NCBI GenBank assembly: GCA_963828465.1 | Contig: CAWHEU010000022.1 | Coordinates: 320,001 to 384,000 of the forward strand | Length of the DNA: 64,000 nucleotides | Reading direction: 5' to 3' | DNA from: an uncultured Acidobacteriota bacterium | GTDB taxonomy: Bacteria; Actinomycetota; Acidimicrobiia; Spongiisociales; ZC4RG35 | Shown: positions 11,379-24,079 of the stretch, in pieces | Position numbering within the stretch: the first letter of the stretch is position 1 | Layout of the letters: every line of letters begins with the position of its first letter | The notes under the pieces: generated by a model | What the model was told of the DNA's origin: nothing | Databases searched by the model: none | The model's input: only the letters and a program-made list of their open reading frames with translations | Made by a program: the position numbers and the translations under genes

Positions 11379-12372
11379 GATGCTCGACATGATCCGGACC
11401 CTGGGAGACCAGATCCGCTGGGCACGCGACCTCGAGGTGCCCGATCTCCCCGCCAATGATGAGATTCTCGTTGGCGGCATGGGGGGTTCAGGCATAGCGG
11501 GCGACTTTGGGGCTGCCCTGGCCACGGGAACCCTCGGGCGGGTCGCGGTCCACAAGGGCTATTCGCCCCTGCCCGGATGGGCGCGGCGTGTCAAGCCGAC
11601 CGTGGTTGCTGCCTCGTACTCCGGGAACACCGAGGAGACCCTGGATCTGGTCGAAGCTGCGGCTAGCGCCGGACTCCCGATCGTGACCGTGACCACCGGT
11701 GGGCGTCTGGCCGAGCTGTCGGCCGGCAATGCGTGGCCCACGATCGCAGTTCCGGCAGGGCTCCAGCCGCGTGCTGCTGTCGGCTATTTGGCCGGCGCTC
11801 TGGCGAGACTCTTGAACACGCTCGGTGTCGTGCCCGATCAGACCGCTGCTCTCGATGAAGCGGCCGATCTCGTCGACGCCGCCACTACCGAGGGCTCGGA
11901 AACCTGGGATATGGCACAGGGGCTGGCCAAGGCGCTCGTCGGCAGGGTCACCGTCGTCTACGGCGGCGGTCCCATCAGCTCCACGGCCGCCCAGCGATGG
12001 AAGACCCAGATCAACGAGAATGCCAAGATGCCGGCCTGGTGGTCGGTTCTTCCCGAGCTCGACCACAACGAGATCGTTGGGTGGGAGACGCTTCCGTCGA
12101 TGACACGGGAATCGATCGGCGTCGTGGCATTGACCGACGTCGCCGACCACGAGCGTGTTCGGGCAAGACTCGACCACACCTCACAGCTGACCGAGTTCGC
12201 GGTGCCGTGGCTCGGGGAGGTGTCGGCGCGGGGCGAGTCGGAACTCGCTCGTTTGATGTCACTCACGGTCAGCGGGGACCTGGTGTCCTACATGCTGGCC
12301 GGCGAGGCGGGTGTCGACCCGGTACCGGTCGAGACCATCGAGAAGCTGAAGAAACTACTGGTGAAGGACTGA
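11371..12372 (+). CDS. Bifunctional phosphoglucose/phosphomannose isomerase (SIS domain)
   Basis: [43 protein letters not shown]. Confidence 0.9.
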   Translation: MSEMLDMIRTLGDQIRWARDLEVPDLPANDEILVGGMGGSGIAGDFGAALATGTLGRVAVHKGYSPLPGWARRVKPTVVAASYSGNTEETLDLVEAAASAGLPIVTVTTGGRLAELSAGNAWPTIAVPAGLQPRAAVGYLAGALARLLNTLGVVPDQTAALDEAADLVDAATTEGSETWDMAQGLAKALVGRVTVVYGGGPISSTAAQRWKTQINENAKMPAWWSVLPELDHNEIVGWETLPSMTRESIGVVALTDVADHERVRARLDHTSQLTEFAVPWLGEVSARGESELARLMSLTVSGDLVSYMLAGEAGVDPVPVETIEKLKKLLVKD

Positions 12373-12373
12373 G

Positions 12374-13624
12374 ATGAATTACGACATTGCCAACCCCGCA
12401 CTCGCCGAGGCCGGCGCCCGAAGAGTCGAATGGGCAGGGCGCCGCATGCAGGTGCTGGCCACCGTGCGGGAGCGGTTCGCCAAGGAGAAGCCGCTCGACG
12501 GGCTGGTCGTCGCCGCCTGTCTTCACGTGACGGCCGAGACAGCCAATCTGATGCTGGCCCTCCGGGACGGCGGGGCAGATCCTCTGCTCTGTGCCTCAAA
12601 CCCGCTCTCGACCCAGGACGATGTCGCCGCTGCACTCGTCGCCGAGGGCATCCCTGTGTTCGCGATACGGGGCGAGGACGCCGATACGTATTACAAGCAC
12701 ATCCACGCCGTGCTCGACCACGCACCAGCCATCACGATGGATGACGGAGCTGACCTGGCCACGCTGCTCCACACCGATCGGCGGGACATCGAAGTCATTG
12801 GCTCCACCGAGGAGACGACCACCGGTGTCATCCGTCTCAAGGCGATGGCGGCCGACGGCACCCTTCGAGTCCCGGTGGTGGCAGTCAACGACTCAGCCAC
12901 CAAGCATCTGTTCGACAATCACTACGGGACCGGCCAGTCGGCGATCGACGGCATCATCCGCGCCACCAACATCCTCCTGGCCGGACAGAACCTCGTCGTG
13001 ATCGGTTACGGCGATTGCGGGCGCGGCGTGGCCAACCGGGCCGACGGGCTGGGGGCAAACGTGATCGTCGTCGAGATCGACCCTGTGCGGGCGTTGGCGG
13101 CGGCGATGGACGGGTTCCGCGTCATGACCGGTGCCGACGCCGCTCGAGTCGGCGATGTCTTCATCACCCTGACAGGAAACAAGCACGTGCTGAGGATGGA
13201 GCATTTCGACGTGATGAAGGACGGCGTGATCCTGGCCAACGCCGGTCATTTCGACATCGAGCTGGACCTGGCTTCACTGCGAGCGGCATCGGTGGCTCGT
13301 CGTGAGATCCGGGACAATCTCGAGGAGTTCGAGGTCCAGGACGGCAGACGGCTCCTGGTCATCGCAGAGGGGCGGTTGGTCAACCTGGGAGCCGCCGAGG
13401 GACATCCAGCAGACGTCATGGATATGTCCTTCTCCAACCAGGCGCTCGCTGCCGAATACTTGGCGTTGAACGTGGATGACCTCGAGGCGAAGATCTACAC
13501 GTTGCCCACCGAGATCGACGCCGAAGTGGCCCGGATCAAGCTCGAGCATCTCGGCGGGGGAGTCGACAGCCTCACCGAGGACCAGGTGGCATATCTCTCC
13601 GGATGGCAGGAAGGAACTGCATAG
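12374..13624 (+). CDS. ahcY: Adenosylhomocysteinase
   Basis: [46 protein letters not shown]. Confidence 0.97.
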   Translation: MNYDIANPALAEAGARRVEWAGRRMQVLATVRERFAKEKPLDGLVVAACLHVTAETANLMLALRDGGADPLLCASNPLSTQDDVAAALVAEGIPVFAIRGEDADTYYKHIHAVLDHAPAITMDDGADLATLLHTDRRDIEVIGSTEETTTGVIRLKAMAADGTLRVPVVAVNDSATKHLFDNHYGTGQSAIDGIIRATNILLAGQNLVVIGYGDCGRGVANRADGLGANVIVVEIDPVRALAAAMDGFRVMTGADAARVGDVFITLTGNKHVLRMEHFDVMKDGVILANAGHFDIELDLASLRAASVARREIRDNLEEFEVQDGRRLLVIAEGRLVNLGAAEGHPADVMDMSFSNQALAAEYLALNVDDLEAKIYTLPTEIDAEVARIKLEHLGGGVDSLTEDQVAYLSGWQEGTA

Positions 13625-13652
13625 TTTCTGTCCCGGACCATCGATACGGTCG

Positions 13653-14222
13653 ATGGTGATGCTTTGCCAGGCGTGTCATACCGCCGGCCGCGGGTTCCTC
13701 TGCCCCCGGTGCCGCGCCCAGTTGCGTCCTGCGCCGGAACGGATACTCGATGGCGGCATCCGGCTGGTGGCGGCGTTCGAACACGAGGGTGTGGCCCGTG
13801 AGCTCGTGCACGGGCTCAAATACAGGGGCATGACCTCGTTCGCCGATCTGGTGGTCGCCTCGGTCTCCTCTCGAGTGCCGCCTCTTCCAGTCGTGCCCGT
13901 GCCCAGGACTTGGTCACGTCAAGTCCGCTACGGCATCGACCCGGCCCGTGAGATCGGTTTGCGGCTCGCACGGGCCAAGGGTGTGCCGCTGATCGACCTT
14001 TTCTCGGCGCCCCTTCATGCTCCTCGGCGGGCAGGCGGTGACCACAACCGCCCGCCCCCGGAACTCAAGGCGGCGAAGGCCTTGTTGGGACCCGTGGTCC
14101 TTGTCGACGATGTTGTCACGACCGGGGCCACGATCACCTCTGCCGTGAAGACATTGGGATCTGAGCGAATCGCGCTTGTGCTGGCGGCCACTTTGGCCGA
14201 TACGGTGTCTAGTCCCCAATAA
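13653..14222 (+). CDS. comF: ComF-family phosphoribosyltransferase-like protein
   Basis: N-terminal CxxC..CxxC, LKYRG, VLVDDVVTTGAT PRPP motif; start could be 13659. Confidence 0.8.
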   Translation: MVMLCQACHTAGRGFLCPRCRAQLRPAPERILDGGIRLVAAFEHEGVARELVHGLKYRGMTSFADLVVASVSSRVPPLPVVPVPRTWSRQVRYGIDPAREIGLRLARAKGVPLIDLFSAPLHAPRRAGGDHNRPPPELKAAKALLGPVVLVDDVVTTGATITSAVKTLGSERIALVLAATLADTVSSPQ

Positions 14223-14278
14223 ATCCAACCTGGAGAACCCATGAATTATCGACATCTTTCGCCTCGAGGCTTGCGCTG

Positions 14279-14929
14279 ATGGCCTCTGTGGTGATAGTCG
14301 ACGACGCCGAGCTGTTTCGCGAGGCGTTGCGCGCCGCGTTCGTCCAGGAGGGCTTCGAAGTCAAAGCGGTGGCGGCCGATGCGATGCGTGCCATCGACAT
14401 GGCCAAGGTGCACCAACCCGACCTGGTGATGCTGGACCTGCTCATGCCCGGCATGTCCGGGGTGGAGGTGGTCGGAACGATCATCAAGGCATGTCCCAAC
14501 ACACGGGTCGTGCTGCTCACATCGAGCGAATCGGCCAAGGACCTGCTGGCAGCCGTCAAGGCCGGAGCCTCCGGTTACCTGACGAAGGACACACCGCTGC
14601 CCCGCCTCGTGGCAGCCATGCACGATGTCGTTGCCGGGGGCGCCGCCATCTCTCCGGCGATGGGCGGCAAACTGTTCAGTGCCCTACGTGACCTGCTCCG
14701 GCACCACGGAGAAGCCGTGGCCCGTAGCCCTGAGCTGACGGGGCGCGAGCTCGAGATCCTGGGCTATGTAGGTGCCGGCAAGACCTCGAAAGAGATTGCG
14801 GCCGAGCTGTACATCTCCGAGAACACCGTTCGCAACCACGTGCGCAACGTCCTCGACAAGCTGGGCCTCAAATCCCGGTTCGAGGCCGTCACCTGGGCGC
14901 AGCGCGAAGGCCTCATCGAGGTCCGCTGA
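14279..14929 (+). CDS. NarL/LuxR-family response regulator (no adjacent kinase)
   Basis: Receiver domain (IVDD, MLDLLMP, GYLTK) plus LuxR HTH (LTGRELEIL...ISENTVRNHVRNVLDKL). Confidence 0.92.
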   Translation: MASVVIVDDAELFREALRAAFVQEGFEVKAVAADAMRAIDMAKVHQPDLVMLDLLMPGMSGVEVVGTIIKACPNTRVVLLTSSESAKDLLAAVKAGASGYLTKDTPLPRLVAAMHDVVAGGAAISPAMGGKLFSALRDLLRHHGEAVARSPELTGRELEILGYVGAGKTSKEIAAELYISENTVRNHVRNVLDKLGLKSRFEAVTWAQREGLIEVR

Positions 14930-14990
14930 CCGGGCTCGTCTCCATTCAGGAAGTGGGTCAACTCGGGCCCACCGGTAGCATGAAATCCCA

Positions 14991-17597
<2,607 letters not shown>

Positions 17598-17605
17598 GCG
17601 TTCCG

Positions 17606-18739
17606 ATGTCCTACGAGACCTCCGACCCGAAAGCCACGCTGGCCGAGCTACGTCAACGGCTGGTTGAGGCGCGTCGCTTTCTCGACCTCGAGACCAAGGA
17701 GAAGGAGCTCGAGGACCTGAGGGAGCGGGCCTCGGCCCCGGACCTGTGGGACGACCCCGACGAGGCACGGACGGTCAGTCAGCGTCTCGCCCGATACGAG
17801 GGCCTGTTCGACATGGTCAGCGGTCTCACTGCCAAGATCGATGACGCCGAAGTGCTGCTGCAGCTGGCCGACGAGGCCGGCGACGACGTGGCACGCAAGG
17901 AAGCGCTGGAAGAACTTGCTGAAGTCTCAAGCGAGCTCGATGCGCTGGAGCTCGAGTCGCTCTATTTCGACGAGTACGACGAGTCCGACGCCATCCTCAG
18001 CGTGCATGCCGGCGCCGGGGGAGTAGATGCCCAGGATTGGGCCGAAATGCTGGCCCGGATGTATCAGCGCTTCCTCTCCGACTCCGGGTTCACCTACACA
18101 GTCGAGGAAGTAACCGAAGGTGAAGAGGCGGGGATCAAGTCGGCGACCCTCTCGGTGAAAGGTGACAGGGCGTACGGGACGTTGGAGGCAGAGAGAGGGG
18201 TGCACCGTCTCGTACGGATCAGCCCCTTCGACTCACAGGCCCGCCGGCACACCTCCTTCGCCGGCGTCGTCGTCGTCCCCGATCTCGGCGATCAGGCCAA
18301 GGTGGAGATCGACGAGGACGACCTACGTATCGACACCTATCGCTCGCAGGGAGCAGGCGGACAGCATGTGAACACCACCGATTCGGCGGTGCGTATCACT
18401 CATATCCCCAGCGGGATCGTGGTGCAATGCCAGAACGAGCGGTCCCAACTCCAAAACAAGGCGAGGGCGATGGCGATCCTCCAGTCACGTCTCGCCGAGC
18501 GGGCGCGCCAGGAAAGACAGGCTCATCTCCAAGAGCTCAGGGGAGATCAGGGAGAAGCCGCCTGGGGCCGCCAGATCCGTTCCTATGTCCTCCAGCCCTA
18601 CCAGATGGTCAAGGATCTGCGCACCGAGCATGAGGTGGGGAATGTCCAGGGAGTGCTCGACGGGGATCTGATGGGCTTCGTGGAGGCTTATCTACGTTGG
18701 CGACGGGCTCTCCACGAGGCGGGCACTGATTCCGCGTAG
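17606..18739 (+). CDS. prfB: Peptide chain release factor 2 (continuous ORF)
   Basis: RISPFD (SPF), GAGGQHVN (GGQ); no internal CTT-TGA frameshift site. Confidence 0.97.
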   Translation: MSYETSDPKATLAELRQRLVEARRFLDLETKEKELEDLRERASAPDLWDDPDEARTVSQRLARYEGLFDMVSGLTAKIDDAEVLLQLADEAGDDVARKEALEELAEVSSELDALELESLYFDEYDESDAILSVHAGAGGVDAQDWAEMLARMYQRFLSDSGFTYTVEEVTEGEEAGIKSATLSVKGDRAYGTLEAERGVHRLVRISPFDSQARRHTSFAGVVVVPDLGDQAKVEIDEDDLRIDTYRSQGAGGQHVNTTDSAVRITHIPSGIVVQCQNERSQLQNKARAMAILQSRLAERARQERQAHLQELRGDQGEAAWGRQIRSYVLQPYQMVKDLRTEHEVGNVQGVLDGDLMGFVEAYLRWRRALHEAGTDSA

Positions 18740-18811
18740 GTCCGGCCGGGCCGTTACCGTTCCCAGGTCCGTGACTCAGCCAAACGAGGCTGCGACACTC
18801 CCTTTGTCCCC

Positions 18812-19501
18812 ATGATTCGGCTCGAACACGTAACCAAGGTCTACGAGGGCGGCACCGTCGCCGCCCATGACATCTCCCTCGACATCCAGAAGGGAGAGTT
18901 CGTGTTTCTCGTCGGGCCTTCGGGCTCTGGCAAGTCCACCTTGATCCGTCTGATGCTGAGGGACGAAGGGGTCACCCGGGGCAAGGTCTGGGTGGCCGGC
19001 AAGGACATCACGACTCTGCCCAAGTGGAAGATCCCCTACCTCCGACGGTCGGTTGGCACGGTGTTCCAGGACTACAAGCTTCTCCCGAACAAAACCGTAG
19101 CGGAGAACGTCTCGTTCGCCCTCGAAGTACTGGGGCGGCCTCGCTCGGTGATCGGGCCCCAGGTCGACCAGGTGCTCGACCTCGTCGGTCTCGCCGACAT
19201 GGGCGGGCGCTATCCGAAACAGCTCTCCGGTGGCGAGCAACAACGTGTCTCGGTGGCCCGGGCATTCGTCAACAGACCGCCGATCATGCTTGCCGACGAG
19301 CCGACCGGGAACCTCGACCCCAAGACGTCGGTCGGGATCATGAAGCTGCTCGACCGTATCAACCGCACCGGCACCACCATTGTCATGGCCACCCACGACT
19401 TCGCCATCGTCGACGCCATGCAGCGGAGGGTCGTCGCCCTCGACAAGGGCGTTGTCACCAGGGATGAGCACTCGGGCAAGTACGACCAGGGCCAGGCGTG
19501 A
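18812..19501 (+). CDS. ftsE: Cell division ATP-binding protein FtsE
   Basis: GPSGSGKST, VFQDYKLL, LSGGEQQRV, ADEPTGNLD; prfB-ftsEX-smpB synteny. Confidence 0.95.
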   Translation: MIRLEHVTKVYEGGTVAAHDISLDIQKGEFVFLVGPSGSGKSTLIRLMLRDEGVTRGKVWVAGKDITTLPKWKIPYLRRSVGTVFQDYKLLPNKTVAENVSFALEVLGRPRSVIGPQVDQVLDLVGLADMGGRYPKQLSGGEQQRVSVARAFVNRPPIMLADEPTGNLDPKTSVGIMKLLDRINRTGTTIVMATHDFAIVDAMQRRVVALDKGVVTRDEHSGKYDQGQA

Positions 19502-20424
19502 GCCGGTTCTTCTTCCTCCTCAGAGAGGCGCTGGTCAACCTCAAGCGGAACTTCCTGGTCGTCGCCGGTGCCGTTCTAGCGGTGTTCATCTCCCTGAGCC
19601 TTGCCTTTGGCGCCTTGGTAGTGAATGAGATCCTGCGCCTCAACACTCTGGCCTGGCAGGAGGGGGTGCACGTCATCGCCTTCCTGCAGGACGAGGGGTC
19701 AAATGGGGTTCCACCAGGTGCCCACCTGGCCCTGCTGGATGAGGTCGAGACCTGGGAAGAGGTGAACGGCGCCTTCTACGTCGACAAGGCGCAAGCCTGG
19801 GTCGAATACCAGGAGATCTTCGCCGGCCAGGACGAATTGCTCGAAATCGACCCCACCATCCTTCCGGCCTCGATCCGCATCGAACTGGTGGCCATCGAGT
19901 TGCACCAATCGGTCAAGTTCAAGCTGGAGCAACAGCAGCAGGTGGTGCGGCGGGTCGACACCGCCGCCGAACAGATCGAACAGTTGCAGAACCTCTCGAG
20001 TGTGCTCAACGTGCTCGGCATCGGGATGGCCGTTGTCCTCGGCGTTTCGGCCGTTGTCCTCATCGCCAACACCATCCGTCTCGCCATCTACGCCCGCCGT
20101 GACGAAGTCGAGATCATGAAGCTGGTGGGGGCATCCAACTGGTACATCAGGATCCCGTTCCTCTTGGAGGGTCTTATCGAGGGGGTGGTCGGCGCGGCTC
20201 TCGCTGTGTTCACCGTGTGGTTGGGTGCATCGCGATTGGCCGAGGCGAGCCAGGGCTTCGCTCTGTTCCGGCTCGATGTCAGCAACCAGTTCTTCTTCCG
20301 TTGGGGCTTGCTCTTCATCATCTTTGGTGCGGCTGCCGGCGTTATCGGCTCCCTCCTCGGATTGAGCCGTTACCTCCGTGAGGCCGACGGGACCGGGGAA
20401 GAGATCCCGACCGGAGCGGCCTAG
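19498..20424 (+). CDS. ftsX: Cell division permease FtsX
   Basis: LIANTIRLAIYARRDEVEIMKLVGASNWYIRIPFLLEG; 4 TM segments. Confidence 0.93.
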   Translation: MSRFFFLLREALVNLKRNFLVVAGAVLAVFISLSLAFGALVVNEILRLNTLAWQEGVHVIAFLQDEGSNGVPPGAHLALLDEVETWEEVNGAFYVDKAQAWVEYQEIFAGQDELLEIDPTILPASIRIELVAIELHQSVKFKLEQQQQVVRRVDTAAEQIEQLQNLSSVLNVLGIGMAVVLGVSAVVLIANTIRLAIYARRDEVEIMKLVGASNWYIRIPFLLEGLIEGVVGAALAVFTVWLGASRLAEASQGFALFRLDVSNQFFFRWGLLFIIFGAAAGVIGSLLGLSRYLREADGTGEEIPTGAA

Positions 20425-20909
20425 TGGCGGGCTCGGCGCAGACCGAGCGGGTCAAGGCCGTGGCCAGCAACCGGAGGGCGCGACGCAACTACATGGTTGT
20501 CGAGACGGTCGAGGCGGGTCTCGCCCTTCTCGGATCCGAGGTCAAATCCTTGCGTGAGGGGCGTCTCGACCTCAAGGACTCCTACGCACTGATCAAGGGC
20601 GGCGAGGCCTTTCTGGTCGGCGCCTATATCGCTCCCTATGAGTTCGCCCGGGATGGTGGCCACGAGCCGGAACGGGAGCGAAAACTCCTGCTCCACCGGC
20701 GCGAGATCGACCGGATCGGGGGTCAGATCGCCGAGAAGGGCCTCACCCTCGTCCCGCTCCAGGTGTACTTCAAGCAGGGGAAGGCCAAGGTCGAGCTTGG
20801 CCTGGCCAAAGGCAAGACGTCCTATGACAAGCGGGAGACGCTCAAGGAAAGGGACGCGGATCGTGAGATCGAACGCGCCCTCCGGAGGCGTTCCAATAAT
20901 CCCGGATGA
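20424..20909 (+). CDS. smpB: SsrA-binding protein
   Basis: NRRARRNY, EAGLALLGSEVKSLR, RKLLLHRREI, YDKRETLK. Confidence 0.97.
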   Translation: MAGSAQTERVKAVASNRRARRNYMVVETVEAGLALLGSEVKSLREGRLDLKDSYALIKGGEAFLVGAYIAPYEFARDGGHEPERERKLLLHRREIDRIGGQIAEKGLTLVPLQVYFKQGKAKVELGLAKGKTSYDKRETLKERDADREIERALRRRSNNPG

Positions 20910-20948
20910 GAAAGTCGGGCCTAAGCGTTAGTCTCAACGTATCCCATT

Positions 20949-21296
20949 GGGGGTGAAACGGTTTCGACGTTGAGTGTTGAGGCGTTGGAAGCGAGCCGGG
21001 GTCTCCGGGGCCCCGTCAATAAACCGGAAAAACCAATAAGTGCCGAAGATAACTTCGCACTGGCTGCCTAATTAAGTAGCCCGTCCGCCCGACCGAATCC
21101 CGCACGGTCGGGGCCGGGCGCCGCAAAGCGGGACGCCCCCCACGGGGTTTCGGGACCGTGGGGCCAAGCCAACTCCGGATAGGCGCAGGGAAACTCGTCG
21201 TCAGAGTTCCTGTGGCCGAAAGCTCGCTGACGACTGCGCTCGGAGATGCCGGCGCCGACGGCTCGACGGACCGGGGTTCGACTCCCCGCACCTCCA
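20949..21296 (+). ncRNA. ssrA: tmRNA; tag reading frame 21042-21071 gives (A)AEDNFALAA*
   Basis: 5' GGGGGTGAAACGGTTTCGAC; 3' T-arm GGGGTTCGACTCCCC and CACCTCCA; alanyl G3.U acceptor pair; tag ending LAA; directly after smpB; CCA not fully encoded. Confidence 0.96.
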
Positions 21297-21298
21297 CT

Positions 21299-21324
21299 TT
21301 GTCCCGCCTCACGAGGCGGGACAA
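21299..21324. terminator. Hairpin between tmRNA and the convergent TetR gene
   Basis: TTGTCCCGCCTC-AC-GAGGCGGGACAA perfect inverted repeat. Confidence 0.7.
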
Positions 21325-21327
21325 GCT

Positions 21328-22003
21328 TTATTCGTCCCTTTCCCTTCGTGCGCTGCCGGATGCACGCTCGATCCCATCGAGCAGCCAGTCGATCCCGGCC
21401 CGGAAGGTCTCATCATCCGGAGCCCTCGCCAGGGGTTCCGCGAGACTCCTCACCTCCTGATACTCCTCACGCGGCAGGCTGCGAAAAGCGGACTCGCCTC
21501 GGTGGGATCTCTCCTCATCATTCTGTCGGGGTGCCTGAAAGGCGGCGTAGCCGAGTGAGAAGATCAGGAGGATCCGAAAAGCGCCGACCACGTCCTCGCC
21601 CTCGAGGCCTGCCTTGCGCAGAGCCAGGATGGTCACCTCACCCAGTCTCGCCGCGTTTGGGCCCGGCACTCGGTCGAGTGAGGAACACGTCTACCAATTG
21701 GGGATGAGACAACAACAGTCGACGCGAGTCGTCCATGATCTTGGTGAGCCCCTCCCGCCAGCCCATCGACTCGAGACCCTCGGTCTCTATGTCGCCCAGC
21801 AATGAATCGAGCAGGGCATCGAGCAGGGCATCCTTGGTGGGGTAGTAGGTGTAGAGAGCGTTTGGCATCACATCGAGCGCATCGGCGAGCCGTCGCATCG
21901 TCAAAGCCGCCACGCCCTCCTGATCGGCAATCGCTCGGGCCGCAGCGAGGACAGATTCCGCGGACAAACCGGCCTTTTGCCCTGCATGGCGTTGCTCTTG
22001 CAT
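21328..22003 (-). CDS. TetR-family regulator, TetR_C type (apparent +1 frameshift near 21657)
   Basis: LSAESVLAAARAIADQEGVAALTMRRLADALDVMPNALYTYYPTK; joins GPNAARLGE...FRAGIDWLLDG on removing one base. Confidence 0.85.
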
Positions 22004-22010
22004 AACTCAA

Positions 22011-22043
22011 TTGTACAGTGTACAGTAGCTGTACAGCGTACAG
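22011..22043. promoter_or_regulatory. Two tandem near-palindromic operators (TTGTACAGTGTACAG, CTGTACAGCGTACAG)
   Basis: Located in the 62-bp gap between the divergent TetR and hydrolase genes. Confidence 0.7.
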
Positions 22044-22065
22044 CAACAACCAAGGAGGCATTGTC

Positions 22066-22830
22066 ATGAGTGCGCATGTTTTGATCCCCGGCGCGTGGCT
22101 CGGAGGCTGGGCGTGGGACGACGTATCTGCGGTGCTTCGAGCCCACGGGTCTGAGGTCTTGGCGGTGACCTTGCCCGGGCTGGCGGATCGGGAAGCCGAG
22201 GCCACATCCGATACAGGCATCGAGGACTATGTGACCGACGTTGTCGATCGGATCGTCGGCGAGGATCTGGACGATGTGATCCTGGTCGGTCACAGCTTCG
22301 GTGGCGCTGTCGCCGGAGGCGTCGCCGATCGGATCGCCGAACGTCTCTCCGCCGTGGTCTATGTCGACTCGGGGCCGATGCCAAGCGGTTCCTCGTACAT
22401 GGATCTGCTCGAGGGCCCGCAACTCGAGTTCATCCGGCGCATCGTCGATGAGCGCGGTGATGGATGGCTGGTCCCGATGCCAACTTGGGAGGAGTTCGGT
22501 GCCGATTTCCAGGCGAGCCTCGAAGGTGTGGGCAGGGTCGAACTCGATCGCATGAGGACCATGGCAACGCCGCAGCCGTTGGGGACATGGACTCAGCCAC
22601 TGGTGAGGCGACAGGCCGGGACCGTGGCAAAGGTTCCGAAGGTCTTGATTGCCACGAGCCTTCCCTTGGCGGTGGTCGAGCAGCTCATTGCCGGTAGCCA
22701 TCCCTGGTTCGCAGAGTTGAGCAGCCCTGAATGGAGGTTCGAGGAGCTGCCCACCGGTCACTGGCCGATGTTCTCTCGTCCCGACGAGCTCGCAGAGCTC
22801 CTACTCAAGGTCCCGGCGAAAGTCGATTGA
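22066..22830 (+). CDS. Alpha/beta hydrolase (esterase-like)
   Basis: LIPGAWLGGWAW, VGHSFGG nucleophile elbow, TGHWPMFS; SD AAGGAGG. Confidence 0.9.
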   Translation: MSAHVLIPGAWLGGWAWDDVSAVLRAHGSEVLAVTLPGLADREAEATSDTGIEDYVTDVVDRIVGEDLDDVILVGHSFGGAVAGGVADRIAERLSAVVYVDSGPMPSGSSYMDLLEGPQLEFIRRIVDERGDGWLVPMPTWEEFGADFQASLEGVGRVELDRMRTMATPQPLGTWTQPLVRRQAGTVAKVPKVLIATSLPLAVVEQLIAGSHPWFAELSSPEWRFEELPTGHWPMFSRPDELAELLLKVPAKVD

Positions 22831-22841
22831 ACGACCGGGTG

Positions 22842-23159
22842 CTAGCCACCCGTGTTCTCGTCGATCCAGGCGAGATATGGGTGGCTGCCCTCGTCCATCT
22901 CGATCATCAGCACCGGTGGCACTTCATAGGAGTGCATCTCCGTGACAGTGGCTTGGATGGCCTCGAAACGATCACGTCGGGTCTTGACCAGCATCAGCCA
23001 CTCCTGATCCTCGATGATCTCGCCTCGCCATCGATAGATGCTCTCGATCGGGAGGATCTGTGCTCCAGCGGCCAGCCCCGATTCGACTAGTTGTTTGGCG
23101 ATGCCCCTGGCCTCCGCCGGGTCACCGCACGTGATCATCACGAGGGCGTGTCCGTCCAT
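22842..23159 (-). CDS. cutA: Divalent-cation tolerance protein CutA
   Basis: LVESGLAA, SIYRWRGEI, KT, HSYEVP, YLAWI. Confidence 0.9.
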   Translation of the reverse strand: MDGHALVMITCGDPAEARGIAKQLVESGLAAGAQILPIESIYRWRGEIIEDQEWLMLVKTRRDRFEAIQATVTEMHSYEVPPVLMIEMDEGSHPYLAWIDENTGG

Positions 23160-23196
23160 TCAGGGACTCGATGGTATTCCTGCGTACCGTAGGTGA

Positions 23197-23745
23197 ATGG
23201 GTCTCGCCTCTCATCTCGGCTACCGGCCAGGCGACCAGAACATGATCCAGCGTTGGGTCATCGCCCTGGCCTCGACCCGCGTGGTGTCGGCATTGAGCCG
23301 CAAAGTACTGCCCTCACTCGACCGGTTCGCACTCCGGATGACCGGGGGTAGATCGACTGTCACGTCCGTGACGAGCGGATTGCCCGTGCTGTGGCTGACG
23401 ACACGCGGGGCCAAGTCCGGCACCGATCGAACTGTCCCCTTGATCGGATTTCCGCTGAATGACGATCTTGCGATCCTCGGCACCCATTTCGGTTCCGAGA
23501 CGACGCCGGGATGGGTGCACAATCTCGAAATCAATCCCGGCGCAAGGGTCGCATTCAGGGGGATGGAAAGACCGGTGCGCGCACGGCCAGCCGACCCTCG
23601 AGAGGAGTCGGAGACTTGGGACCGGGCTGCCACCTCCTATCCCGGGTATCGGCACTATGCCGGCCGGGCATCTCATCGCACGATCAGGGTGTTTGTCCTA
23701 GAGCCATTGGAGATTGATGAGTCGCCACCCGGGGTAGGGTCATAA
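23197..23745 (+). CDS. Deazaflavin (F420)-dependent nitroreductase-family oxidoreductase
   Basis: LTTRGAKSG..RTVPL, PGWVHNLEINP, YPGY..Y...R.IRVFVLEP. Confidence 0.88.
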   Translation: MGLASHLGYRPGDQNMIQRWVIALASTRVVSALSRKVLPSLDRFALRMTGGRSTVTSVTSGLPVLWLTTRGAKSGTDRTVPLIGFPLNDDLAILGTHFGSETTPGWVHNLEINPGARVAFRGMERPVRARPADPREESETWDRAATSYPGYRHYAGRASHRTIRVFVLEPLEIDESPPGVGS

Positions 23746-23776
23746 TGACGGCACTTTCGAGACGAGGTGAAAAGAA

Positions 23777-24079
23777 GTGGCCGACAAGACCAAGCTGATG
23801 GTTTGGATCGATCAGGACCTGTGCACGGGCGACGGGATCTGCGAAGAGATCACACCGGACGTCTTCGTGGGTCGTGACGACGGCCTGTGGGTGGTGAAAG
23901 AAGAGTCGAAGCATTTCGGGCGCACCGTGGTATTCGACGGGGAGCAGGCGCCCGAGGGCGCCCGCGGCGTGGCCAGGGTCCCCGATGCCCTGATCGAGGA
24001 CACCATCGAGTCGGCTGAGGAATGTCCTGGCGAGTGCATCATGATCGAGCCCTACAGCGAGGACGCGGTTCATGCCTGA
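23777..24079 (+). CDS. Single-cluster ferredoxin (CxxDxxC...CP)
   Basis: WIDQDLCTGDGICEEITPDVF...AEECPGECI. Confidence 0.88.
   Translation: MADKTKLMVWIDQDLCTGDGICEEITPDVFVGRDDGLWVVKEESKHFGRTVVFDGEQAPEGARGVARVPDALIEDTIESAEECPGECIMIEPYSEDAVHA

Noticed and set aside
17660-17700. Programmed +1 frameshift in prfB
   Set aside because: The site reads TTT CTC GAC in frame with no internal TGA, which is normal for actinobacteria.
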